A DNA stretch of 64,000 nucleotides from the human T2T-CHM13v2.0 reference genome, Homo sapiens, in assembly GCF_009914755.1 (NCBI RefSeq), contig NC_060941.1; one strand, written 5' to 3'. Positions within the stretch are counted from its first letter, which is position 1; the number at the start of each line of letters is the position of its first letter. Positions 37,641 through 50,621 of the stretch are shown in pieces. The translations under genes were made by a program, and so were the position numbers. The notes below the pieces were generated by a model. That model did no database searches. It saw nothing but the letters and a program-made list of their open reading frames with translations, and had not been told where the DNA came from.

Positions 37641-38272
37641 TTTGAGCAGAACGGGCCCAGTGCCCTGGGTTGCAGACTCAGTAGCGTTTTAGTCGTTTTA
37701 TGTTTCTTTGCAACGGCCTCAGAAGTTTGGCCGGAGAGGGGGCAGCCAGAGCGGCAGCCCCCGGCCTCAGAGGCTATCACAGGCTCAGGGCAAAGAAGTG
37801 GCCTCCTGGGGGGCCAGGCCACGAGGGCCAGGGCTTCTGCCTGAAGATGGAGCTGCAGCCTGCGGGGAAGCAGCTCAGCTCGATGGTGGGCCCAGCCTCT
37901 GCTGTCCAAGGCTGGCTAGCTGCGGTGCTCCTTGCTGGTTTTTAACTTGGGGAGAAACACCGGGTTTCAGCTTTCTTGACCTTAGCTTGGGTGAGACTGT
38001 TTACAAAAAAAAAAAATTACCATGCAATTGAAAAAATTTTTTTTTAATTCACAGGGGGCAAAAAGAACAATTAGAATTCCATGGGTCTGCCAGGATGCAG
38101 CAGCTGGCTGAAGGCTCCAGAGGGTTCCCCGAGGTGGGACTGGCCTCTCCCCGTGTGTGTGGGCACCACAGTCCCTGGGCAAGCAGGGTGCTCTGGGACC
38201 GCACTTCATCGAGCTCACGAGCCAGCTAGGCTCTGTTTGTGATAGAAAAATCAAGACCATGTTAATGATCGT

Positions 38273-38278
38273 AATAAA
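38273..38278 (+). terminator. Proximal polyadenylation signal AATAAA
   Basis: Canonical hexamer about 700 nt after the stop codon, followed by U/GU-rich and G-run sequence (38281-38316). Confidence 0.65.
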
Positions 38279-39206
38279 AGCTTTCTACTGTCGTTGGGGT
38301 GGTGGGTGGGGCTGGGAAGAAACTGGTTTGAGCTTTTAGAGTTTGCCTTTGTACCTTAGAGATGTGTCTCAGGGCCAGGCATGGGACCTGCCATCGAGGG
38401 TTCCTCCCCGCACCCTCGATTTTCCTGTTTTGCTTCTCTCTCCATTTCTGTCCAGGCCTCCGCCCAATTCCACAGTGAGGGGTGGTTAGGAGCTATAGGC
38501 CGGGATGGCTCCTTGGGAAGGGAAGTCGGGATCCCAGGCTAGGAGGAAGCTGGCAGCCCCGTCCCCACTGGGCCCACAGTGTGAGTCGTGCCTTAGAGAC
38601 TCCGGGTTGTCCTGTTCTTTCTGGGCTTGCTCATCTCCCCCCAACCCTGTCCCACCCCACCCCTCCCATACCTCCACTGCTGAAGTTCCTCCAGCCCCTC
38701 TGTCTGCCTTGTGAAGGTGGCAGGGGCCAGGTCTGCCTGACATAGGACCACATCCTGTCCCTCCCTCACCTGGAGCAGCACAGCAGAGTTCAGGCAGGGC
38801 ACAGCCAGGCCCTGGTCAGCGCTGAATGGCAGAGGAAAGATCTTAGGAAAGGAGAGGAATCGCCACCCCCTCCTGCCAACTGGGATGACTGGGGAGGGCC
38901 ACGCTCATTCAAAGCTGAATCAGAAACCAGCCGTGGAACAGAATTCCTGCCGAGTCTTCCAGGGCCGCTCCTCCACCACCCTCCCCCAGGTTGAGGCACT
39001 ATGGCACCCTCATCAGGAAGAGGTTTGGGGTCCCCTTGTTGTCACTGCTGGCTCTGCCACCCCATCTTGTTCATGGCAGCTGGTTGGGTCAGGTCCATGG
39101 TAGAGCCAGGCCCTTCCCAGGGCTGCGGAGAAAACCTGCTCTCTTCTAGTCGGGCTTCTCCAGAAGCCAGTAATCAGAAAGGATGTGTCTCCTGCTCCAA
39201 CTCTGC

Positions 39207-39292
39207 CCCCGAGACAGCTCAGAGCCAGAAGGCACCCCGAGACAGCTCAGAGCCAGAAGGCACCCCGAGACAGCTCAGAGCCAGAAGGCACC
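39207..39292 (+). repeat. 28-bp minisatellite (CCCCGAGACAGCTCAGAGCCAGAAGGCA) x3 in the 3' UTR
   Basis: Perfect copies at 39207, 39235 and 39263. Confidence 0.96.
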
Positions 39293-39982
39293 GAGGACTC
39301 TGGCCCAAGTGGGGAAGCTGAGGCAGAGAGCAGAGGGGGTCATGCAGTGAGTGGGTGGGGTGCAGGAGACAGAGAGGGGCTGGGGGCGTGGGGTGGGGGT
39401 GTCTGCCTCTTCCCTCCACCTCCTCCCCTCCTTAGCAGCTGAAGACTCAGCCCTGAGGTCTGGGGCAATGGAAGTCAAGACACCCGACCCCTACATCCTG
39501 GGGTAGGCCCGACTCAGCATCCTGTCCCAGCTTCAGCCCCACACTCATTTCTGGCATAGAAGATTCTGCCGAGGCAGCTCTTTCCTCTCGGGGTCTGCCA
39601 GGGGTGCCTCAGCTGGTTCCTGCTCCCAGGCCTAGCCCCGAAGCCTTAGGGGCCTTCTCAGCCTTAGCCCTGGGTACTGGGGTGAAGTTGGCAGGGGAGA
39701 GCTTGACACTTCGCCTCCCTGATGGCCATGCTGAGGGACAGTGGTGACCCTGGTCACTTGGTGCTGGTGTAGGGGCCTGTGCCCTTCCAGGGCCAGTGAG
39801 ACAGCCTTCTACTCCCCCGACCCAGAGCTGAGTCCGAGGACCCCAGGCCCACCTCCTGGCCCTCTTGGAGGTCTGTGCTCTTACCTCCCAGCCCCCACCC
39901 TGCGGGAGAGCAGCCCCAGCGCCTCATCTCCCCAAAGGCGGCAGATGCTTGATTCTCCTGCCCTCTTTCTTCCTTCCCTCGT

Positions 39983-39999
39983 ATTTATTTATTTATTTA
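39983..39999 (+). promoter_or_regulatory. AU-rich element, four overlapping AUUUA pentamers
   Basis: atttatttatttattta in the distal 3' UTR. Function is inferred. Confidence 0.55.
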
Positions 40000-40217
40000 T
40001 TGCTTGTGCTAAAGACCAAAATAGTCTCCCTCTTTAGTGCACTTGAAGCGGGAGGGCGGATGGGATGAGCCAGGAGCGAGGAAGACTTGGCCCCTGGGGA
40101 GTGTGTGTGTGGAGGCGTGTGCCTGTGTGAGCCTGCATGCATACATGTGTGGTGCACACATGCACACTCGGCTCTTCATGTGTATGACTGGGTTAGTAAT
40201 ACAGATACGTGATCTAT

Positions 40218-40219
<2 letters not shown>

Positions 40220-40253
<34 letters not shown>
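40220..40253 (+). repeat. (GT)n microsatellite in the 3' UTR
   Basis: Direct reading; embedded in a wider GU-rich region, about 40100-40520. Confidence 0.95.
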
Positions 40254-40256
<3 letters not shown>

Positions 40257-40769
40257 CAGGCGGTTATGTGTCTGTCTACCCCCAGGTGTTTCCGTGTACA
40301 AGTTTCCTGTGAGGGAGGGCACCCACCCATCAGGTTGGGCACTGGCACAGGTGAACCCCACAGTCCCCGACCCTCTGCCCTGATTATGCACGTCTGCTCC
40401 TGAGTGGAGCTTGTGTTCCAGGATGAGACATCTGGAGGTGAGCGTGTGCGTCCGGCTCGTGTGTAGGAGGCTGTGTGTGTGCCCATGTGAAACCGTGTAC
40501 TTGAGTGTGTGTCTGTGTGCAGCCTATGCCTGCTGCTCAGAGCACGGTGGCCACCCCCTGAGCCTCTGCTGGTGCTGTGCTGCGTGGTCCCCACCCAGAG
40601 GGTCCTGGGGGGCGGGGAGGAGCCACCGTTGGGAGGCCCCTGTACGGGGTGTCTGCCCTGCGTGAGGGCATAGAATGTCAAATTATTTTAAATGGTGAAA
40701 CTGGAGAGTTTTCATGTTATTTTCAATACATAGCAGTATCTAAAGACGTAGGCGATGAGACTAGACCAC

Positions 40770-40775
40770 ATTAAA
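40770..40775 (+). terminator. Distal polyadenylation signal ATTAAA
   Basis: Variant hexamer after an AT-rich stretch (40680-40745), with a downstream GU-rich element near 40802-40820. Confidence 0.7.
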
Positions 40776-42739
40776 TGCATTTTGATCTCTTTGAGGTCCC
40801 CTGTGTTGAGATGTGTTTTCTGAAGTTCCCCTGCATGGCTCCACAGCATGCTGGGCGTCCGCCCGGCTTCCTCAGCCTCCGCCTTGGGTGGGGGTTTCCT
40901 GGGGCTTCCTCATGGGTGAGGGTGGGGCATGGTGGCAGCTGTTGGGAGATGGAACAGAACTCAGCCTCCTTGCAGCTCCCAGTGGTCTCCAGCAAGCACA
41001 CAGGGCTTGTCCCATGATGTCACCCATCCCAGGCGGCAGGGCCGAGCCTCCTGCCTTCCCTTCCTTCTGCAAGGATGTGCTGGGTGCCTGCTGTTGCAGC
41101 AGCGCCCTCCCCAGCTGGGGGAGGCTGACCTGAGACAGGCAACTCCTTTCCCAGGAGGGGAAGCCCTGCTCCAGCTTGTAGCAGGCAGGGGCTGAGGAGG
41201 AGTTTCAGAGCGTGCCAATGTCTCCACTGAGGTGACGAGACAAGCCTGGAGTGGGGTGAGGGAACACACACGGCCCAGTTTTGGGAAACTAGACTTTCAT
41301 CTGTACCTTGAGGCTCAGCCCCAGATCTCCAAGGTCTTCAGCAGGGACTTGTGGGGAGAGAATTCCTTCCCTTCCCAAACTATGTGAGTGGAGAGTTCTC
41401 CACTCCTCTGCATCAGCAAAGGACTCAGGGCACCCTCTTTCTGCAGGATTTCGATGATGATTCCAGACAACCCCGGATAAGAATCCCCTGCCTGAGTCAT
41501 TCCTGGGTGATGGTGCCGTGCATGGCAGAATGTGGAGCAGGGGCTTGGGTGCCAGGGCCTAGGGGGTCATGAAGGCTTCCCAGTGGGAGCTCCCTTGGGT
41601 TGGACTTGGGGTGACCAGGGGACCCTGGAGGTGGCTTGGTTTGGTGGGGACCTCCTTTCTGACTCTGGGGCCCTCCTGGGACCCCAGTAGCAGGATCAAG
41701 GCCAACTGGGGCCAAAACACGGTAGCATCTGTCTTCACTCAAGCCCTCCGGGCCATTCCCATGGCGCTGACTGGTAGGCATGAGGCCCTGGCCCCAGTTG
41801 GTGCTCAACAAATGCTTATCGTAGAGTCTCCAGGTGCGCTGTCCTGGCTGTACTAATGCCGCAAAGGGCCCTGGGTCAGAATGCAGGCCACTCATTTGCT
41901 GGGGGACCTCCTGTGAATTCCTTTCCCCCTCCAGCCTCGGTCTCCTGATCTGCAAAAAGGGGGTGTTCATAAGAATGGCCAGCTCACAGGTTTGTTGGAA
42001 AGGAGGAGAAAGAACCCTGACATAGTGAGTGCTCCTCAGTGCCTGCCTTCTGCTAAGTCAGATTGCACTGGCACTGCCCGCCCTCCTGAGGGGCACGCGG
42101 AGGTGCTGCTCTGGCTCAAGGTCACAGCAAGGAACACATAGCCCAGGCCTAACCCCAGGTCTGCGTGACTTCCATGCACTTCCCTGCCTCTCCAGGGATG
42201 ATGTGAGCCCAATCCAGAATCTGCTTTAAAACAGGTAGAGCTGGGATGGGGGTGGAGAGCTTGTGAGCGTTCACTGAGCGCCTGCGAGCTTGATGTTTGA
42301 GGTCTGTCAGGCCCCACCCTTGATCTTGGGCTGGCCCCTGTCAGCAGGCCTCAGAGGCACTGCTAACCTATTTTAGAGGAGGTTGGTCGAGGGAAGCTAA
42401 GGGACTTGCTCGAGGCCCCCACAGGGTAGTTCCTCAAGCTGGGATCTAAGCCAGGCCCTGGGCCCTTCAGTCAGTTGACCCAGATGCTGCCACCCTGCTG
42501 GGCACTGGACACCTCAGGGCCTCTGCCTGCTGGTGACCAGGGCTGGGCTGCGGTCTCTGCCAGTGGAGGGGTGCCCCAGCTGGGGCCTGCCCTGGACTCA
42601 TCTCCACTTTTCCCTTCCTAAAACCGGTCTGCAGGGAGGACCCCCACAACTTGGGAGGAATCACAGCCCAGATCAGAGCTGCCTGTGTGCTCCCCAACAG
42701 CAGTGGGGGCCCCAAGGACACATCGGACCCCCTTCAGCC

Positions 42740-43260
42740 CACTCTCCACCCGGCACCAGAGTGGTCTTCTTACAACCAGAATCAGGCCTTGCAGTTCCCT
42801 GCCTGAAACCCTCCCTGGCTTCTCCTTAACACTGGCAATAAAACCCCAGCTGCTCCTTGCCCGCTTCACCTCTGCAAGCCCGCCCCGTGCAGCCCAACCT
42901 TCCCTGCTCTCACTCCTGCTCCTGCCCCTCTGCTGCAGGCACCCTGTCCCTTGGTTTCCCTGACATTCCACATGTCCCCCCACCCCAGGACCTTTGTGCG
43001 TGCCTTCCCTCTGCCTGACACTTTCCCCTCAGGTCTTAGCAGACCCAGCTCCTCAATTTTCGAGTCTAGGCCTTTCCGGACCCAGTGCGAGGGATGGCAG
43101 ATGCTCCCTCTGGAGGCAGCGGTCACCCCCAGGCTTGCAGTCTGCTGTCCTCACCAGGCTGCGAGCTCTGCGGGGCAGGGACTGCCGTCTCGGTCCCCGC
43201 TGGTGCCCAGCGCCAGGAGCAGGGCATGGAGGAGCTCCATGTGTGCTTGGATGGGGGGTG
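42740..43260 (+). mobile_element. L2 3' end relic
   Basis: ccagagtggtctt...aaaccctccctggcttctcc...ccaggacctttgtgcgtgccttccctctgcctgacactttccc. Boundaries are approximate. Confidence 0.6.
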
Positions 43261-44769
43261 TGGGCCCTGCAGGCGTCTCTCCCACACAGAGGGCTCTACA
43301 GGTCTTGCCACCTGAGGCCCCCTTTTTGCTGAGCCAGACAGGATGGGGCCCAGCCACCGGCCACACCCAGGGGAGAGCAGCCCAGCCTGGGGTAACTGGA
43401 ACTGGGAACCAGGAACAGAGCGGACAAGGGCTTTTGTGCTGAAGGCGATTTGAGCCCAAGGAAGGCTCTGGGTACTCCACCCGCTTTCCTCCTCGGTGCT
43501 GCCAAGAAAACATAGAAGGCGGCTCCCCTTTCACCCACAGCTGGACTGGGACCTGGATGGCCTGGCTTCTGGACTCTGCCCTTAAGTGTTTATGACTGGC
43601 CAACTCTGGGCCTCAGTTTCCTTCTATGGAACAAGAGCTCCATTCATTCCTTCAAACAAGTGTTTATGAGCTGCCACTGTGAGCATCAGGGGCCAGGTGG
43701 GAAGGAAGCCAGGTCCAGCAGATGGTGAACAAGAGTCTGGGCCTGAGTCCTCTACAAGTGGGGATTCTGGTGCAGGGAAGGATAGGGGAGAGGGGAGCAG
43801 CCCAAGCAGGAAGGAGCTGAGGAGGGATGTGGGTGCCACTGGAGCCCATCACTGTCTGGCACTCCTAGGAGTGTGAAGAGGGGCAAGGCGTTGTCCTCCT
43901 TAGGTGAGGGGGGTGGGGCTGCGGTGGCGGCTGTTGCGCTCATCAGTCACTCCTTGCCTGCAGCCACCCTGGGAGAGGAGGTGGCTCCTATGGATCCAGG
44001 ACTATTCTCCAGAGGAGGGTGGCAGGGAGATGGGCACTCCTCCCAGGAACCGGATCTGGGTGGCCCCAACCATGTCCACTGCAGCAAGGAGCTACAGAGC
44101 AGCGTGGTCCCGGGATCCAGCGGGACACATGCAGGGGCTGCGTCCGGAGGCACGGAGGCCTGGCTGGAGGGACCGGGGACCTCCCACAGGAAGTGACACC
44201 TCCTCTGGGATCTGCGGGATGAGTGGGTGTTTGCCAGGCACACAGGGAAGTGCTTCCCAGGGAGAGGGACAGGCACAACCAAAGGCCTTGCAGTGGGAGA
44301 CAGCAGAAGGAAGATGCTTGGCTGGGGTAGGCGGGTCACCGAGAGCCCAAGGACTCTGTGCAGGGCCCAGCTTCAGTCTTGTTCCCAGCTCCTCCCCGGC
44401 CTCCACCATAGCCACAGCGTGGCTGCATTGCCCAACCCAGAATGTCAGCCCTTGGGAGCAGGACTTTTTGTTCTGCTTTGTTCATAGCTGGGTCCCAGCC
44501 CCAAGAACTGCAAGCACTGGCACCCAGTAGGCACTCAGTAAATCCTTAGCTGCTTCAAGATGTAAAAGGACCTTCAAGCCAGAGTTGGTGCAGTGTGGGC
44601 CTGTCCCTGGGGTGCCTGGGACCCTGCTGCAGGGCAGGGTAGGGTGGTAACCACCAGTGACCAGGAGCAGGAAGGGATAGGGTCCACAAGGGGTCCCAGG
44701 GGCTCCTCTGCACAGCTAATGCCAGAGGTGCTGGGGGGTGGGCCACACAAGCAACCCCAGCCTCAAATT

Positions 44770-45180
44770 AGGGACCCACCGACCAGGATCCACTGTGCTG
44801 TCAGAATAACATTTCGAAAGGCAAAAATTAAAACACATTGAGTTTCAAAGGAAATCTGTTTTATGGAAATGCAGTTATCAAAATATGAACAGATACATTG
44901 GTGGTATACCAATGGCTCTATTTCCTCACGGACCTGCTAATGGCCTCTGCCTCCCTGGCTGGTGAGCACAGCCCCTCCCAAGGGGGCCAGCAATGTCACA
45001 GGGCATGGGAATGCCTCCTGATCTGTGGGCGACAGGATAGTAGGCACTGGGCACTGCTCACCCTTGTCTGTCAAGGAAGAAATCGCAAAACTTCTCTGAG
45101 AGTGAGATGAAGTTGAGATTGAATGCTTCTCATTTCCCAGTGCACGTGCCCTGAGGCTTATCCCCAGACCCTGAGGGAGT
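44770..45180. mobile_element. Possible hAT-Charlie DNA transposon relic
   Basis: AT-rich island (tttcaaaggaaatctgttttatggaaatgcagttatcaaaata) resembling Charlie-family internals. The family is uncertain. Confidence 0.35.
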
Positions 45181-46089
45181 TCAGGCCACAGGGGCTGGGC
45201 TGGGCCAGAGTAATTTCTTGAACCCAGTGCTGAATCTCAGAGTCAGAGCACTCTTGCCCGCCCCAACCCCCAGCACCCAAGTCTGCTCGACCTGAGGGAG
45301 GATGGGGTGCTCTCTACGGAACACCAGGACAGTTCAAGGGTCTTCGCCCTGCACTTGTTTGGAGGCTGCAATGGTGGGTCGTGGCTTTCACTTCATGGCT
45401 GTTAGAGGGCACTCCCTTTGCGCTTAGCCCAGAAGCCGTAAACACTATGAATGCCATGGACAAGTGAATAGCAGGGAATGAAAGCTAGGGGTCCTCTTAG
45501 GCATGACCCTATGCCAGTCCTGGAGCCACCCAGAGAGGACATCTGAGGACTCTGAAGACCTTGGCTGCACTAACTTCTCTGTGCCTGTTCTCTCCTCTGT
45601 AAAATGGGGCTGATGATCATAAAGCCGCGGGTAAGAAGTAGGCAAACGCCTGTGGCTTCACCTGGCACATGGGCACTGCCTGAGCACCAGCTTTCCTCTC
45701 TAGCTGCCATGATCTGGGGTACAAGCATCCCAGGTGGGGCAACCCTGGACTGGTGCTCTGTGGCTGGAGGAGAAAGGGAAGGCCAGTGGGGCTGGGCCAG
45801 TTAGAGCCGGGGAGGAGGAATAGGCTGGGGCTGGGGCTGGGATCTGCTGACTCCAAGTGTGATAGAAGCAAGAAAGACCCCTGACATGTTTGACTTTTCA
45901 GGATCATTCCTGTTGCCATGTAGGAAGCAGGCCAGGGAGGAGGGCCCTGGGACTGGGCTGAGTGTGCAGCCCAAAAAGGGGCCCGAGGAAACATCGCGGC
46001 ATCCAGGCTGGTCTGTGGACTTGGGTGGGAGCAGCCAGGCAGATGGGGAGGACTAAGGAGGAGAAGCTTGCGGAGAGTGATGGCCTCTC

Positions 46090-46690
46090 TGGATGCTTTA
46101 AAATGCAAACAAAGGCACAGCCACTTTGGAGGTTGGTTTGCAGTTTCTTGATAAAGTTAAACGTACACTTGTCAGACGATCCCACCTTTTGTCAACTAGG
46201 TACTACTCAAGAGAAATGAGACTCATGTTCACACAAAAACTTGTAAGTGGATGTTTATAGCAGTGTTACTAGTAATCACCCAAACAAGGAAGTGGCCTAC
46301 ATGTGCCTCACCTGATGAGGGGACAAGCAAGCCATGGCCCACCCCGAGATGGAAGCGTCCCGAGCAGGGAGAAAGGAGGATATTGACACCTGGCACCACA
46401 AATGTGTCCCAAAGGAAGCGGCTGAGTGGAAGGAGCCAGGCCCCGCCACTTCCTGCTGTGGGTCCCACGTGTGTCCATGGAAGCTGTGAATAGAGTAGGG
46501 GATGGAGAACACATCTGTAGCTGCCAGGGGCTGAGGGTGGAGGCGTGGTTACCACGAGGGACAGGAGGCAGTTTTGGGGCTTGGTGTCTTGATCATGGCT
46601 ACACGGATATGTGCACTTTGTCAAAACTCACAGGACGGTGCACAGCAAAGGATGAGTATAGGTAAATTACACCTTAAATTTTTCTTAAAG
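46090..46690 (+). mobile_element. Old L1 (L1M) 3' region
   Basis: cagccactttgga...cagtttcttgataaagttaaac...caagagaaatga...atgttcacacaaaaacttgta...atgtttatagcag...ttgtcaaaactca...gtaaattacacc. Confidence 0.8.
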
Positions 46691-49426
46691 TGGGGAAAGA
46701 AAAAGAAGTTGCCACAAAAACCTTGTATGTTGAGCCACCAGCCTGTCTGGATTTCAGACACATTGGAGGAGAGGTTGGGTCTGTGGGTTGAGACTGGCAA
46801 GTCACCAGCTGTGGATGGAGTCAAGTGACTGAGAGATTAAAGACACCAGACACCTAGACACTGAGGATGTGGCAAGGCGAGGTTGGGAGAGGGCACGGGG
46901 GTGGAAGGCATTGGGAATGACAGAGGCAAATTGGCAGGAAGATTGACACACAGATAAAAAGAGACGGTTGGATGAGGCAGAAAGACAGGCAGAGAGACAG
47001 ACGTGGACTAACAGACAGGCAGAAAGTGGAGACAGAGACAAATATCCACTAACAGCAACAGGTAGACAGAAAGATGCTGTAAAGATAGAAAGTTGTGTAA
47101 GTGGATGGATGGAGCTCAGGGTAGCTCTCAGGTGGACACAGACAGAAATGCAGACAGATGTCTTGGCTTGCGAGTACATGAACAGCCTGCCCTGATTTTC
47201 TGGGGCATTCTTCTAGATCTTGGATCTATGGTGCTGGCATTGACTTACGCCCTCTTTGGAGTCAGAGACGACTCCTCTCGCTCAGTGCCCTGCTCCACAC
47301 TTCCCTGCTGCTGGGCCGGCCACTGCTGCACAAGTGGCTGCAGAAATCCCTCCTGGCAGGGACTAAGGCAGGCAGGCTGGGCTGCTGTGCACCCCGGGCC
47401 ATTTTCTGAGTTGGGAAAAGGGTGCTGTCCAGGTGGTGTGGGCCGTGTAAAGGCAGTAAAGGGTTTCAAAAGGCCTGTCAGTGCATATCATCTGGAGTAG
47501 GGTGTGTGCTGGGGAACGGGGAGGAGGAGGACAGAGAAAATAGGAAACTTTGAGCTTGCCTGAGGAAGACCATCCACATGGATTATGAAGGATGGCTCAT
47601 ATTGACTGTATTTTCATTCAAATGTGCAAAACTATTTACTGAATTTTTTTACTGACCGGAAATAACTCCTGACTTACAGAATATTTTCATTTCCAAGTTA
47701 CACTTTACCCTGAGTTACATAGCAGGCGCATCCGTAGTGATTCTGCACCCCACGCCCTCGCCAGCCCCTGGAAGACACTGGCTGGCCCTTGGCTGAAATG
47801 ACCCAAATCAAAAGCCCCTGCCTTTCTGCTAATGGGCGTTGGGGAGATTGACCAGCAAAGAGCTATGGACAAGAAGCAGGACTGTACATTTAAAAAGGAC
47901 AAAAATCAGAGCCCAGTCCCAGGCCTGGGCAGCTCCCATCAGCGTCCCATCCCCCTTGCTCTGAACCAGCTGTGGCCCGCACTTTTTCCCATGGCCATGC
48001 CTGGGAAATGAAGGTGCAGGGACATGCAGGCGAGCTGGGGCGTGGAGTCACATCTGTTTCCAGAACATTCATGCTAAGGGAGGAACAGGGTCCGCATTGG
48101 AGAACATGGGGCGGGTGACTGGAAAAAGGGAGCTAGAGCCACTTTTATTGTTTCCTGGGGTAACAGAAAACTTGGAGCCACAAGTGAGTCCCGGGAGAGT
48201 TTGGGTTAACTGGCCCCGAAGCCATCCTGTGTCATGTGTGTATGTGTGTTCCACTATGTGTTTTTCCCTGTGTGGCCTCTGTGTGTGTGTGTTTGCCTGA
48301 ACTGGTTTCAGCGGTGAAAATCCTGGTGCTGACATGGACAGAATCCATGAAAGCATTTCGAGTCCTAAGTCAGCTGACCTATGTTGGGATGTGGCACATG
48401 TTGCATCGTCTGCCTTTGAAAAGGGATTTTCTGCGAGGGCTTGCAATGAAGGCATTCTGCTCAGAAAATGGCGGCAGGAAGTCATGCCCCCAAAAGGAGC
48501 CATTAGTGAATCCCACTATTAATTGTAAGTCTTAGATTCTGGGCTCAATACTGTCATTTTCATGATGTTCAAGTGATATAAAGGGCCAAACAATGTGAAT
48601 CTCAAAACTAATGTGGGAATAGAATACTTCCTGCTCTTTGACTGTTTGACTAAGCACATACATCAACCTTTCCATATTTTTATTTATTTTATTCTTGCTT
48701 GTTTTGGGTTTAAGGGGAAACTTTCATGATAATTGTACCCTGAAGCCATTTTCCTGGAATGTGTCTAGGCAAGGGATTCCAACTGGAACCCGTGGAGGCC
48801 AGGAAAACACTAGTCATCAGGATGTATTGCTTCATCTGGGGAACACCGTAAGGGACTCAACTCCAGGCACTGGTGTCTGGCTCTTGTGCGTTTGCTAAAT
48901 TGACATGACTCCAGGATCTGTAGCAGGCCCACACATCCTTGATGAATACAGTGAAGTCTTGTTTTTACCAGCACTCAGTTGGCCAAATATCCTTTCCAGC
49001 AATGAGATATCAGAGGACACAGTGAAGTTATTCAAATTAGGGTGGAAAAATCACCAAAATTCACTTAAAATCATGTTTATCGAAAGTCCCAGTGGGGTCA
49101 GGTTAGGTAGTAAATAACAATACAGAATGAATATTTTAATGATATTCCAATTTTAAGCTTGTCTTTTTTCCTTTGTGTTTCATTATTTACTCATTGTACA
49201 TTCACAGAAATACATTTGCTAAGCAAAGAGAATGACATTTGGAAGATAAGTGATTAAATAGTGTCTAAACTAGTTGCAACAACTGACACCACCACCAGTA
49301 ACATGGGCTGTTTATTGAACTCTGGCAACAATTAAACATCTATTCATCAGTATCTACGACACAAAAATAAAACATTCATCTCTAAAATAGTAAGGTATAT
49401 GTTCAAACAATGCATCCTTAATTTTT

Positions 49427-49547
49427 TTTTAGAGACAGGGTCTCGCTGTGTTGCCCAGGCAGGTCTTGAACTCCTGACCTCAAGCAATTCTCCCACCTAG
49501 GCCTCCCAAAGTGCTGGGATTATAGGCGTGAGCCACCACGCCTGGCC
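49427..49547 (-). mobile_element. Free left Alu monomer (FLAM_C-like)
   Basis: Single monomer with TSD ATCCTTAATTTTT at 49414-49426 and 49548-49560. Confidence 0.9.
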
Positions 49548-49861
49548 ATCCTTAATTTTTAAGACTCCAAATTAAGTTGGAATAGACTGATATATCTAAA
49601 TCAGATGAAGCATGTTTCCCTTTAAACGAGGGAACTTACAAAACAGAAGTATTTTTGTTACGTGAGCTAAGAGGCAATAAAGCCTTATTTGACAGTGTGC
49701 TAGGTACCCACGATGGCAGCATGAAGACAAAAACAGGAGGAATCAAAGCAATTGTACTGTGCAGATAACATGGTTCTTTAGGGTCAAAGGAAGGCTTCCT
49801 TTGTGCTCTATTAATGAAGCATAGTATTCATGATGCATGAACGTGGAATGAAATCCCAATG

Positions 49862-50029
49862 TCCTTTGGCACAGAACCACACTCATTTCATGAATTGTTC
49901 ATGAATTGTTGATGGCTGCTTTTACAAAACCATGGCAGAATTGAGTAGTTGTGACAGAGACCATATGGCCTACAAAGCCTAAAATATTTAATATCTCACC
50001 ATTTATAGAAAAAGTTTGGAGATCTCTGA
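49862..50029. mobile_element. MER58 (hAT-Charlie) fragment
   Basis: ggcagaattgagtagttgtgacagagaccatatggcctacaaagcctaaaatattta...tttatagaaaaagttt. Confidence 0.85.
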
Positions 50030-50621
50030 TGTAAGCTCCAAGAAGCAGCCAACTTTGTCTGTTTTGTGCACAGACATTCTAGCTCATAAGGAAGGCACTT
50101 TTCAAATTATCTGTAATGGATGAATGGACAGACAGATGGGCGGATGGATGCACGGATGGATGGACAGTTCCCACACAGTGTTGGAGTTGACCAATGGTCA
50201 GACCATACATTTATGGCAGCAGAATCTACAAGCTAATGGGAGCTTATCCCACAGGTTTCAGCCACTTACTATGAAGCAGGCTTAGAAAAGACCAAGAGTG
50301 GGGCTCTCCCAGGAAGAAGTGATAGATGGGGAGCAGGTGGTGCTGATGGAAGGGGCTGAGTGGGGTCCGTGGAGGCCACCATGGGTGAGGAGGACGTGGA
50401 GGCTACAGGCGCTGATGGACAGGGGAAAGTTGGCATTAGATGCCAGCCTGCATGACCCGAGAACGCAGAGCAGCTCCCGTGATGAGGCTGTACCCAAACT
50501 CCACTTTCTAAATTGCATTTTCTGTCCCTTTCATCCGAATCATCCCTCACCTATCAAAGGACTTTTCCACCCCTGGCTCCTCCTGTGCTCGCCCACCAAA
50601 TGCAAGGGAGCTGTTTTCCTC

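Larger units (their letters stand above)
36211..40794 (+). other. KCNJ12: Last exon of KCNJ12: 56-nt 5' UTR, CDS and about 3.2-kb 3' UTR (3' end approximate)
   Basis: Acceptor tgtcgtctctgttgcAG|G at 36209-36211. The 3' end is inferred about 20 nt after ATTAAA 40770-40775, followed by U/GU-rich sequence (tgtgttgagatgtgtttt). Confidence 0.8.

Noticed and set aside
39207-39292. 28-bp and 17-bp (1707-1771) repeats as CRISPR-like arrays
   Set aside because: Head-to-tail units with no unique spacers, no cas genes, and a human context; they are minisatellites.
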